DNA from: Candidatus Marinacidobacterales bacterium
GTDB lineage: Bacteria > Acidobacteriota > Vicinamibacteria > Marinacidobacterales > SMYC01
NCBI GenBank assembly: GCA_965224085.1
Contig: CBDCYI010000009.1
Span: 744,556-808,555 of the forward strand
DNA length: 64,000 nucleotides
Reading direction: 5' to 3'
In this document: positions 55,847-64,000 of the stretch, piece after piece
How positions within the stretch are numbered: position 1 is the first letter of the stretch
Layout of the letters: each line of letters begins with the position of its first letter
The notes under the pieces: generated by a model
The model's database searches: none
What the model saw: the letters and a program-made list of their open reading frames with translations, nothing else
What the model was told of the DNA's origin: nothing
Made by a program: the position numbers and the translations under genes

Positions 55847-58222
55847 ATGGCTGAAATCGAACAAAGCGCTCCGAAGAAAAACGCGAAGTCTCACCGCGGT
55901 CCGAGGGGTTTGCGCAGGCGCGATCTCTTCGACCTCGCCTACGCCTCCGTCTGGCCATGGCTCGTGCTCTTCGTCATCGGTCTCACTGTCCTTTTGACGC
56001 CGGGACTCCATTTCCGCATACAGGAGTTCGAGCTCGGTCAGGTCTCGCCGGTCACCCTCCGCGCGCCGATCGATTTCAGCTATGAAGACGACGTAACGAC
56101 CGAGGCGCGCCGAGTGGAAGCAGGCGAGGCTGTCCACGAAATCTTCGACTTCAACGACGGCGCGATGACGGATGCGCGGAGCCGAATAGCCTCCGCGTTC
56201 GAGTTTGGCCGAGAAGCGCTCGGGATCACACTCGTAGCCGAAGGCGAAGAGCTCGAGAGCGAAGAATCCCCAGAGTCCGAAAACACGACCCCGCTCATCG
56301 ACGCAGGGGAGTTCGTCCTGCCTCGCGAAGAGTTGATGACGGCTCTTCAGGATCGTCTCGAGGTCACGCTCCGCGACGAAGAGCTCGAGCTTTTGCTCGA
56401 GCAGGAGTTCTCTCCTAACATCGAGCAGGTTCTGACGCAGGCCGTGACGAGCGTTTTGTCGCGAGACATCGTCGCGAGCAAGGAGAGACTCTTGGCCTCG
56501 GGGCGCCCGATGCGCCGCCGCGAGGAGATCAGCAAAGCTTCACAGATCCGACGCGACTTCTCGAACATTCTCACGAGCGAAGAAGCGCGGGAGCTTCTGG
56601 TCGTGCAAATGGCGAGCACGTCGGACTTGCGTCAGGTGGAGAGAAGAAAGCTCACGGCCCTCGGCTCACGCTTCGTCGAGCCGACGCTCCGGTTCGCTTT
56701 CGCCGACACCGAAAGAGCGCGGAGCGAGGCACGCGCGCGCGTAGATTCTGTTTACTATCAGGTGCCGCGCGGTAAGACCATCGTGCGCGCCGGGGATGAG
56801 ATCGACGAGAACGTACTCCGGCAGCTCGAGTATCTTGCATCGGAGCAGGATCAGCGGTGGAGTCTCGCCGGTGTCGTCGGCGCCCTTTTCCTCGCCGGCG
56901 TCATCCTGTTGATCCAGTGGAATCTCCTGCGTCCATTACGCACCGGGGATGCGTGGAGACGTCAAACCTTCGCCCTCGTGGGCCTCGTCGTGATCGGCCA
57001 TCTCGCGCTCGCGCGCATCGCGTTCAGGGTCGCGCGTCTCGTCTCCGAGCAGCTCGTCATCGCCCCGTTCAACAATTCAACCTCGTACTACTACGCGGTG
57101 CCGTTTGCTGCGGTGGCGGTCTTGATTTTGCTGCTCGAGCATACGCCGACGGCGCTTCTCGCATCGGCCTTGTTCTCGATTGCTCTCGGAGTCATGACGG
57201 GGAATCTGGAGCTCGCAATTTTTTGCCTGGTGTCCTGTCTGACCGCCATCCTCGGGCTGTTTCAATACAAGCGCCGGACGGAGCTCTTTAAAATCGGTCT
57301 TTTGATTGGGAGCATGAACTTCACCACGGTCCTTGCAATGGATCTTTTGACGGAGCGCTATTTCCCGCTGAGCACGTTCGGCTTCGATCTTGTCTGCGCG
57401 TTTCTCGGCGGCGCTAGTGTCTCGCTCGTGGTCTCGTCCTTGCTGCCTGCCGTAGAGGCGCTGTTCCATCGCACGACAGATATCCGCCTGCTCGAGCTCG
57501 CTAATAATAATGTACCCGTGTTGCGGCAGCTCGCCCTCGAGGCTCCGGGCACCTACCATCACAGTATTGTGGTCGGCTCGCTTTCCGAAGCCGCCGCCGA
57601 AGCCATCGGCGCCAACGCCGTCTTCTGCCGGACGGCGGCGATGTATCACGACATCGGGAAGCTGACTAAAGTGGGCTATTTCGTCGAGAACCAAACGGGT
57701 GAAAACAAGCACGATACGCTGTCTCCGCGGATGAGCGCGCTCATTATCGCGAGCCACGTGAAAGAAGGGATTCAGATGGGGAAGGCCATCGACCTTCCCG
57801 AGGAGATCATCGACGTTATCCCTCAGCACCACGGCACAAAGCTCATCACTTACTTCTACCAGAAGGCGAAAGACCATCAGGACCCGGCGCTCGGCGAGGT
57901 GACCGAAGAGGAGTTTCGCTATCCGGGCCCGAAGCCGCAGACCAAAGAGGCCGGAATCATCATGATCGCGGATGCCGTGGAAGCCGCGTCCCGTACCCTT
58001 GATGAGCCAAGCCCTGCCCGGCTGAAGGGGATGATCCGTCAGATCATCGACTACATTTTTCTCGATGGACAGCTCAACGAGTGCGACCTGACCCTGCGAG
58101 ACCTCGAGAAAAGTGCGTCGGGTTTTCTGAGGGTGCTCATGGGCATCCACCATCAACGCGTGAGCTATCCGGGTTTCGATTTCGAGAAAGAGGTCGAGCC
58201 CCTCGTCGTTCAGGACAGCTGA
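55847..58222 (+). CDS. 7TM-HD membrane phosphohydrolase (PgpH/YqfF-type)
   Basis: N-terminal extracellular region, seven hydrophobic helices, then the HD domain: YHHSIVVGSL...MYHDIGK...HHG. Confidence 0.85.
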   Translation: MAEIEQSAPKKNAKSHRGPRGLRRRDLFDLAYASVWPWLVLFVIGLTVLLTPGLHFRIQEFELGQVSPVTLRAPIDFSYEDDVTTEARRVEAGEAVHEIFDFNDGAMTDARSRIASAFEFGREALGITLVAEGEELESEESPESENTTPLIDAGEFVLPREELMTALQDRLEVTLRDEELELLLEQEFSPNIEQVLTQAVTSVLSRDIVASKERLLASGRPMRRREEISKASQIRRDFSNILTSEEARELLVVQMASTSDLRQVERRKLTALGSRFVEPTLRFAFADTERARSEARARVDSVYYQVPRGKTIVRAGDEIDENVLRQLEYLASEQDQRWSLAGVVGALFLAGVILLIQWNLLRPLRTGDAWRRQTFALVGLVVIGHLALARIAFRVARLVSEQLVIAPFNNSTSYYYAVPFAAVAVLILLLEHTPTALLASALFSIALGVMTGNLELAIFCLVSCLTAILGLFQYKRRTELFKIGLLIGSMNFTTVLAMDLLTERYFPLSTFGFDLVCAFLGGASVSLVVSSLLPAVEALFHRTTDIRLLELANNNVPVLRQLALEAPGTYHHSIVVGSLSEAAAEAIGANAVFCRTAAMYHDIGKLTKVGYFVENQTGENKHDTLSPRMSALIIASHVKEGIQMGKAIDLPEEIIDVIPQHHGTKLITYFYQKAKDHQDPALGEVTEEEFRYPGPKPQTKEAGIIMIADAVEAASRTLDEPSPARLKGMIRQIIDYIFLDGQLNECDLTLRDLEKSASGFLRVLMGIHHQRVSYPGFDFEKEVEPLVVQDS

Positions 58223-58285
58223 TGCCAGGATAGCTGATGCCAGGACAGCTGATGCCAGGACGGCTGATGCGAGGACGGCTGATGA
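58211..58285. repeat. 15-bp tandem repeat x5 (CAGGACAGCTGATGC and variants) across the pgpH-like stop and ybeY start
   Basis: Units at 58211, 58226, 58241, 58256 and 58271. Each unit carries CTGATG (a TGA, and an ATG beginning at its final A). Confidence 0.9.
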
Positions 58286-58734
58286 AAGAGGACCCCGATC
58301 AAAGCGTCGTTGTCAGAAATCTGCAGCGGCGCTTCAAAGTCGACCAACGCGAGCTCCAATCCTTTCTCGCGCGTGTCGCGGTCTCGACGGGGGTCGACGA
58401 GAGCTCTGCTACGCTCGTTCTCGTCGCGGATGCTCGGATCCAAGAGCTCAATCGTGACTATCGCGGCTTCGACAAGCCGACCGACGTCCTGTCGTTCCAC
58501 GGCGTGGGCGGGAGTGCGGACTATCTCGGTGACATCGTTATTTCCGTGGAGACGGCGGATCGGCACGCAAGAAGGCGCCACAGCAATCTTAAACGCGAGC
58601 TCAAGGTCTTGACACTTCACGGCTTCCTACATCTGCTCGGCTACGACCACGAAACGGATAACGGCGAGATGCGCCGCATCGAATATCGCTTACGCCGGAA
58701 ATTCCGGATCACGACTCCGAGGCGCGCCGCATGA
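58237..58734 (+). CDS. ybeY: rRNA maturation RNase YbeY
   Basis: HGFLHLLGYDHE zinc motif. The first 15 codons are repeat-encoded (MPGQL MPGRL MRGRL). The native start is probably the ATG at 58282 (MKEDPD). Confidence 0.85.
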   Translation: MPGQLMPGRLMRGRLMKEDPDQSVVVRNLQRRFKVDQRELQSFLARVAVSTGVDESSATLVLVADARIQELNRDYRGFDKPTDVLSFHGVGGSADYLGDIVISVETADRHARRRHSNLKRELKVLTLHGFLHLLGYDHETDNGEMRRIEYRLRRKFRITTPRRAA

Positions 58735-59975
58735 TCTCATCTTGGCTCGCGGCTCTCGGCATTGCTCTATTGCTGGCGCTCGCGTTTTTTCTCGCGCTCA
58801 TCGATGTCGCTTTCGACTACTTCAGCAAGATCTCGATCCGCGCTTATCGCGAAGAGGGGTGGAAGCCAGAATATTTGACGCGCTCGCTCGAGGACCCGAT
58901 GAGCTTTCTCCTACCGCTGCGCATCGGGCTTCAAGGTGCGTTCACGGGAATCACCGTCCTCGTCACGATGTTGTTCTTGTTCTCGTCCGCGCCGCAGCCG
59001 TTTCTGCCGCTCCTTTTTGCCTTCGCGACGATGCTCGCGATCTTTCTCGTCTTTCGCGAGACTTTTCCGAACATCATCGCGCGCAAGAATCCCGAACATG
59101 TCCTGTTGACGCTCCTGCCCGCGTACCGTATCTACGCCAAGCTCGTCACGCCTATCAGCCGGCCGCTTTCTCGATTCGTCGGCGCGTTCATCCACGAAAG
59201 CGAAGAAGACGAGGTCGTTACGACCGAGGATGTGCAGGCTTTCATCGAAGCGGGTGAGGAAGAAGGTATCCTCGAGGGTGACGAAGGGCGTATGGTGCAG
59301 TCTATCGTCGATCTCGGCGACAAAGTCGTGCGTGAGGTCATGACGCCGCGCCCAGAAATGGTGGCGATCCGAAATGACGCCACTCTCGGGGAAGTGCGCG
59401 AGCTTTTTACTAAAGAGAAACATGCGCGCGTTCCAGTTTATCGCGACAGTCTCGACAACATCGAAGGGCTCCTCTATGCGATCGATTTGATTGCTTTTCT
59501 CGAAGCGAACCCGGACGCGGCGATCAAACCTCTCGTACGGGAAGTGAGCTTCGTCCCCGAGACGAAGAAGGTCTCGGCTCTCCTCGCCGAGTTCCAGAGG
59601 AGCAATCAAACGCTGACAATGGTCGTTGACGAATATGGCGGGATCTCAGGTCTCGTGACCGTGGAGGATATCCTGGAAGAGATCGTGGGCGAGATTCATG
59701 ACGAGTTCGACGAAGTGGACCAGGAGATCGTCAAGGAACGCGACGGTGTCTTTCTTGTCAGCGGCCGTGCGGATATCGACGATGTGAAGCAACAGCTGCA
59801 CTTCGAAGTGAACGGATCCGGCTTCGAGACGGTCTCGGGCTATGTTCTCGAATCGATCGGTCGTATCCCACGGGTGGGTGAGGTCATCGAGAATGGGGGC
59901 CTTCGCATCGAAGTCGTGGATGCGGACGGCCAGCGCATCCACAAGGTTCGCTTTCGCTTGGAGGGTGCTACCTAG
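58731..59975 (+). CDS. CNNM/CorC/TlyC-family protein (DUF21 + CBS pair + CorC_HlyC)
   Basis: Four N-terminal TM helices. CBS text VREVMTPR..M. TMVVDEYGGISGLVTVEDILEEIVGEI. Confidence 0.9.
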   Translation: MISSWLAALGIALLLALAFFLALIDVAFDYFSKISIRAYREEGWKPEYLTRSLEDPMSFLLPLRIGLQGAFTGITVLVTMLFLFSSAPQPFLPLLFAFATMLAIFLVFRETFPNIIARKNPEHVLLTLLPAYRIYAKLVTPISRPLSRFVGAFIHESEEDEVVTTEDVQAFIEAGEEEGILEGDEGRMVQSIVDLGDKVVREVMTPRPEMVAIRNDATLGEVRELFTKEKHARVPVYRDSLDNIEGLLYAIDLIAFLEANPDAAIKPLVREVSFVPETKKVSALLAEFQRSNQTLTMVVDEYGGISGLVTVEDILEEIVGEIHDEFDEVDQEIVKERDGVFLVSGRADIDDVKQQLHFEVNGSGFETVSGYVLESIGRIPRVGEVIENGGLRIEVVDADGQRIHKVRFRLEGAT

Positions 59976-59984
59976 GCGTCTTCG

Positions 59985-60866
59985 ATGCGTTCCGGATTCA
60001 TCTCTATCGTTGGTCGGCCGAACGTCGGAAAGTCAACGCTCTTGAACCGGCTCGTTGGCCAGAAGGTCGCGATCGTAACCGCCAAACCCCAGACGACGCG
60101 GAATCGAATCCTCGCCATCGCGAATCGGCCCGAGGCGCAAATGGTGTTTTTCGATACGCCCGGCCTTCACAGAGGGCGACACGAGATGGATCGGCTGATG
60201 CTGCAGGCGGCTCTGTCGAGTCTCAAGCGGGTGGACCTCGTTTTGCTGATGATCGATATCGGCAAGAGGTTCGGGGGCAGAGACGAGCACGTGATGAAGC
60301 TCATCAAAGAGGTACAGGTGCCCGTGATTCTGGGCATCAACAAGATCGATGCGAGCAAGAAGCAAGACATCCTCCCCGTGATCGATGCCTATCGGCACAA
60401 GCACGACTTTGCCGAGATCGTGCCTTTCTCCGCACTGACGGGTGACAACGTCGATCGTCTCGAATCCACGCTCAGGAGCTACCTCCCGGAGGGTGAAGTC
60501 CTCTATCCGGAAGAGACGCTCACGGATCTCTCGGAGCGCTTCTTCATCTCCGAGATGGTCCGGGAAAAGATCCTCGAACTCACGCGTCAAGAGGTGCCGC
60601 ACTCGACGGCCGTTCTCATCGACTCCTGGGAAGATGGCGACGCGCTCACGCGGATCGAAGCTTCCGTCCTCGTCGAGCGTGATTCGCAGAAAGTGATCCT
60701 TCTGGGCCGCGGGGGCGGGATGATGAAGAAAATCGGAACCGCGGCTCGTAAAGACGCAGAAGCGTTTCTTGGAACGAAAGTCTATCTCGGCCTCCACGTC
60801 AAAGTGCGCGGCGACTGGCGCGAGAACAGGCGGCTGTTGAACGACCTCGGCATCGATTCACACTGA
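59985..60866 (+). CDS. era: GTPase Era
   Basis: GRPNVGKSTLLN, DTPG, NKID. C-terminal KH domain VERDSQKVILLGRGG.MMK.IG. Confidence 0.95.
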   Translation: MRSGFISIVGRPNVGKSTLLNRLVGQKVAIVTAKPQTTRNRILAIANRPEAQMVFFDTPGLHRGRHEMDRLMLQAALSSLKRVDLVLLMIDIGKRFGGRDEHVMKLIKEVQVPVILGINKIDASKKQDILPVIDAYRHKHDFAEIVPFSALTGDNVDRLESTLRSYLPEGEVLYPEETLTDLSERFFISEMVREKILELTRQEVPHSTAVLIDSWEDGDALTRIEASVLVERDSQKVILLGRGGGMMKKIGTAARKDAEAFLGTKVYLGLHVKVRGDWRENRRLLNDLGIDSH

Positions 60867-60888
60867 GTAGCTTTCTTTTTTCGACTTC

Positions 60889-62172
60889 TCAAGAAGCGCT
60901 CGCGAGCGACGCCTCGAGGATATCCAAGCCGCGCTCGAGCTCTTCGTCCGAGATCACGAGCGGCATGAGTGTTCGAATGACGTTTCCGTTCGCGGTCATC
61001 AACAAGAGCCCGCGCTCGAGCGCGTGTTCTAGAACACGATTGGCGCGTGACGTGTCGTCGAGCTCGAGACCGCACATGGCTCCGAGACCGCGCGCGTCTT
61101 TCACGAAGTCGAAGCGAGTGGCGAACTGGCGAAAGCTGGCCATCACCGTCTTGCCGATGACGCCCGCGCGCTCGGGAAGGCTCGCTTCTTTCATGATGTC
61201 GAGGACAGCGTTCGCGGCCGCGCAGGCGATTGGGTTGCCGCCATAGGTCCCGCCGATCCCGCCGACTTGCGGCGCGTCGAGAATATCGGCTGGCGCCGTG
61301 ATCGCGCTCAAGGGGAGGCCGGCCGCAAGTGACTTCGCCATGACGACCATGTCGGGCACAACGTCGAAGTGCTCGAAAGCGAAGAGCGCTCCCGTACGCC
61401 CAAAGCCCGTTTGCACCTCGTCGCTCGCGAACAGGATGCCGTGCTCACGCGTTACCTCCCAGAGCGTGCGGAAAGCCGCGGGATGCGCGGGCAAAAAGCC
61501 GCCTTCGCCGAGCACGGGCTCGATCAACACGCAGGCAATGTGTTGCGGCTCGATCTGATACGTGAAAACTTGCTCGAGCGCGCTGCGGCAGGCGGCTTCG
61601 ACCTCGCTATCGGGTCTCTCACCTGGGCCGAAGAACGGCTCGTAGGGAAGGCGATAGACCTCCGGTGCGAAAGGGCCAAAGCCTTCGGTGTAAGGCTTCA
61701 CCTTGCCCGTAAGCGTCATCGCCAAAAGCGTCCGCCCGTGAAAGCCGCGTTCGAAGCTCAAAACCGCTTGCCGCCGCGTGTAGGCCCGGGCAATATTCAC
61801 GGTATTCTCGGTCGCTTCGGCGCCGCTATTGAAGAGTACGGTTTTTTTCGGGCTGGGAATGGCGACGATCTCGTTGAGCCGCTCCGCGAGGCGGACGTAG
61901 GGCTCGTACATCACCACATGGAAGCACGTGTGGATGAAGCGCTCGGCCTGCTCACGGATAGCCGCAACGACTTTGGGGTGGTTGTGGCCCACGTTCTGGA
62001 CGCCGATCCCGCCGCAAAAGTCGATGTATTCACGGCCATCGACGTCCCAGAGCTTCGCCCCTTCCGCCCTATCGGCAAAAATGGGCGCGACGTTGAAAGG
62101 GCCGCGCGGGACGGCCTTCTGGCGTCTGGACAGAAGCTCCGACTGTGTACTCTCGGAAGTCGGGGGGCTCAT
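60889..62172 (-). CDS. Class III aminotransferase, 4-aminobutyrate aminotransferase-like
   Basis: GGIGVQNVGHNHPKVV, HTCFHVVMYEPYV, DEVQTGFGRTG, MAKSLAAG (PLP Lys). Confidence 0.85.
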   Translation of the reverse strand: MSPPTSESTQSELLSRRQKAVPRGPFNVAPIFADRAEGAKLWDVDGREYIDFCGGIGVQNVGHNHPKVVAAIREQAERFIHTCFHVVMYEPYVRLAERLNEIVAIPSPKKTVLFNSGAEATENTVNIARAYTRRQAVLSFERGFHGRTLLAMTLTGKVKPYTEGFGPFAPEVYRLPYEPFFGPGERPDSEVEAACRSALEQVFTYQIEPQHIACVLIEPVLGEGGFLPAHPAAFRTLWEVTREHGILFASDEVQTGFGRTGALFAFEHFDVVPDMVVMAKSLAAGLPLSAITAPADILDAPQVGGIGGTYGGNPIACAAANAVLDIMKEASLPERAGVIGKTVMASFRQFATRFDFVKDARGLGAMCGLELDDTSRANRVLEHALERGLLLMTANGNVIRTLMPLVISDEELERGLDILEASLASAS

Positions 62173-62335
62173 GAAGCACGCTCCTAAGATCCTATAAGAC
62201 GCCGCGATGGTGACACAGGGGTGCCACTAAATTCAAGAAAATACACTAGTAACGGCCTAAAGGGGTTGGTGGCGTTCAGCTGTTGTGTTAGTCTAGTCTC
62301 GACGATGGCCGAATCGATCCCGATAGGTAGCCAAT

Positions 62336-63697
62336 ATGCCGTTGACCCGGACACCTTTACTCGCCCAGACCGTGCGCAAGCTCGTGGCACGGGGCGCGTA
62401 TGTCAACGCCTACAAGATTCTCAGCCGCCTCCATCCTTCTGATATTGCCGATATACTCGGCGACCTCTCCGAACATCTCCGCCGCGAAACGTTCGAAACG
62501 CTCTACAAGCGTGACTTGACGCTCGCGAGCGAAGCGCTCTCCGAGCTCGGGCCCGAGCGAGGCGCACCCATTCTGTCGGAGATGTCGTCTCAGGAGATCT
62601 CGAGGATCCTCCAGGAGCTCGATCCGGACGACGCCGCCGATTTCGTCGCGGATCTCCCCCAGGAGCTTCAAGAAGAAATTCTCGGCGCGATGCGCGAGAA
62701 GGAGGCCGCGGAGGTCGAGGATCTTCTGCAATATCCCGAGCAGACTGCGGGCCGCATCATGAGCCCAAAGGTCTTCTCGCTCGACGAGGACACTACGGTA
62801 GCGGAGACCATCGAGCGTCTTCAAGATGCCGGAGACGACTTGGAGATGGTCTTCTACATCTATGTCGTGGACGAGCACGGCAATCTGGTCGGTGTCTTGT
62901 CCCTGCGCCAGATTCTCTTGAAGCGGCCCGAGACGCCTCTCAGCGAAATCATGGAGACCGACGTCATCCGGGTCACCACCGATACGGACCAAGAAGAAGT
63001 TTCGCAGCTCGTCGCGTCGTACAACGTTCTCGCCATCCCAGTGGTGGATGCGCAGAATAAGCTCGTCGGCGTCATTACCGTCGACGATGTCATCGACGTC
63101 ATCAAGGAAGAGGCGACCGAAGACATGTATCGGCTTGCGGGGCTCGATACGGAAGAGCGTGTCTTCACGCCGCCCCGCACCTCTTTCCAAAAGCGCGTCC
63201 CTTGGCTCGTCGTGAACCTGGTGACGGCGTTTCTTGCCGCGCTCGTGGTCGCGCAATACGAGTCCGTCATCGGGCAGTTCGCGGTACTCGCGGTCTTCAT
63301 GCCCATCGTGCCTCTTCTCGCCGGCAATGCGGGCAACCAGACGCTGACCGTGATGGTGCGCGGGATCGCGCTCGGCGAGCTCTCGTGGGCGAGTAGCCGG
63401 AAGGCTCTGGTCAAAGAGGTCTTGGTGGGCGTTGCTAACGGGATCGTCATGGGGATTCTCGTCGGCTTCGTCGCATATATGTGGAAAGGCGATCCCATCA
63501 TCGGCGCTGTGTTGGCGCTCGCGATGCTCGGGACGCTTTTTGTGGCTGCGGTCATGGGAACGTTGGTCCCGCTTTTTCTCCGATGGATCAAGATCGATCC
63601 GGCGCTCGCCTCCTCGGTATTTGTGACGACGGCCACCGACGTGACGGGGTTTCTACTCTTCCTCGGGCTAGGGTCCTTCGTCCTCGCGCGCTACTAA
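62336..63697 (+). CDS. mgtE: Magnesium transporter MgtE
   Basis: N-domain, CBS pair (AGRIMSPKV.., LAIPVVD), and a TM domain with GNAGNQT and ATDVTGF. Confidence 0.95.
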   Translation: MPLTRTPLLAQTVRKLVARGAYVNAYKILSRLHPSDIADILGDLSEHLRRETFETLYKRDLTLASEALSELGPERGAPILSEMSSQEISRILQELDPDDAADFVADLPQELQEEILGAMREKEAAEVEDLLQYPEQTAGRIMSPKVFSLDEDTTVAETIERLQDAGDDLEMVFYIYVVDEHGNLVGVLSLRQILLKRPETPLSEIMETDVIRVTTDTDQEEVSQLVASYNVLAIPVVDAQNKLVGVITVDDVIDVIKEEATEDMYRLAGLDTEERVFTPPRTSFQKRVPWLVVNLVTAFLAALVVAQYESVIGQFAVLAVFMPIVPLLAGNAGNQTLTVMVRGIALGELSWASSRKALVKEVLVGVANGIVMGILVGFVAYMWKGDPIIGAVLALAMLGTLFVAAVMGTLVPLFLRWIKIDPALASSVFVTTATDVTGFLLFLGLGSFVLARY

Positions 63698-63706
63698 CCT
63701 CGTCAA

Positions 63707-64000
63707 ATGCCTGTCCGGCGGGCAATCGCGACCGTCCTCAGAAGCTACAAAGTTGGCGAGACCGACAAGATCGTTGTTTTCTTCACGCTTCCTTTTGGAA
63801 AGTTGCGGGGTATGGCCCGCGCGGCGAGACGCATGCGCTCGCGCTTTGGAAGCAGTCTCGAGATCGGCACCGAAGTCGAGCTCACCTTCTTCGAGAAGGA
63901 GAGCCGAGAGCTCGTCAGCGTAGATCGCTGTGATATAGTCCGGTCCAGGTTTTCGGAATTGGGAGAGCCCATTCTCGCGTCGACCCTTGGCTACGTGACG
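63707..64000 (+). CDS. recO: DNA repair protein RecO, 5' part (runs off the window)
   Basis: ATG at 63707. VLRSYKVGETDKIVVFFTLPFGKLRGMARAARRMRSRF matches the RecO N-terminal OB-fold pattern. No stop before the window end. Confidence 0.75.
   Translation, partial: MPVRRAIATVLRSYKVGETDKIVVFFTLPFGKLRGMARAARRMRSRFGSSLEIGTEVELTFFEKESRELVSVDRCDIVRSRFSELGEPILASTLGYVT

Noticed and set aside
58211-58285. Possible CRISPR array (also considered for 50105-50140 and 4766-4801)
   Set aside because: The units are 9-15 bp and directly adjacent or 2 bp apart, with no spacers. No cas genes are in the window.
62173-62335. Mg2+ (M-box) riboswitch upstream of mgtE
   Set aside because: I could not find the conserved M-box core by eye. 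Only a covariance-model search could settle it.

Overview
This is a GC-rich bacterial chromosomal window. Gene content (an ADOP-type FtsX remnant, many exported hydrolases) suggests a soil Acidobacteriota-like or related lineage, but that is inference only.

Layout:
1. 1-5.9 kb: tRNA-Arg(CCG) and tRNA-Lys(CTT), followed by a heavily decayed integrative element or prophage. It holds an N-truncated tyrosine integrase whose ORF runs antisense through tRNA-Lys, a frameshifted SprT-like protease, an XRE regulator, a frameshifted small-terminase-like gene, a truncated large terminase and unrelated gene fragments.
2. 6.2-26.2 kb: mostly intact metabolic genes, many with Sec, Tat or lipoprotein signals. 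These include acetamidase, a FAH-family enzyme, agmatinase-like, SpdH-like oxidoreductase, NPP/alkaline-phosphatase-like, S9 and M24 peptidases. Class I fumarase, fhs and a class IV aminotransferase are also here, along with three orphan gene tails (ribA-like, FtsX-like, GcvT-like).
3. 26.2-45.5 kb, plus one IS200 copy at 48.8-49.4 kb: an IS-rich decay zone.
   - Mobile elements: two near-identical IS903-group IS5 copies, two IS200 copies (one with a 101-bp internal deletion), an IS6, and fragments of IS3, IS481-like and IS5/IS1182-like elements.
   - Truncated cargo: trmB, a TonB-dependent receptor, a BI-1-like tail, an OMP barrel and a low-GC M3 peptidase tail.
   - One intact M20 lipoprotein gene.
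   - A frameshifted SNF2 helicase fused in frame to the tail of a Ser/Thr-kinase gene.
4. 45.5-64 kb: core genes. These are tonB, a fadJ/fadB-like gene, a large membrane protein, a retropepsin-like protease, a gamma-carbonic anhydrase, aspS, the phoH-pgpH-ybeY-corC-era operon, gabT-like, mgtE and the recO 5' end.

I saw no CRISPR array and no rRNA. I did not find an intact, clearly novel multi-gene system.

The best leads are:
- the decapitated SNF2 (defence-type) helicase / kinase-tail chimera;
- a ~150-bp repeat present as two inverted copies, which carries the IS200 target and truncates trmB;
- a 15-bp x5 tandem repeat spanning the pgpH stop / ybeY start junction;
- the run of exported nitrogen-scavenging-type enzymes.

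Coordinates of IS ends, junctions and fragments were read by eye and may be off by a few bases.
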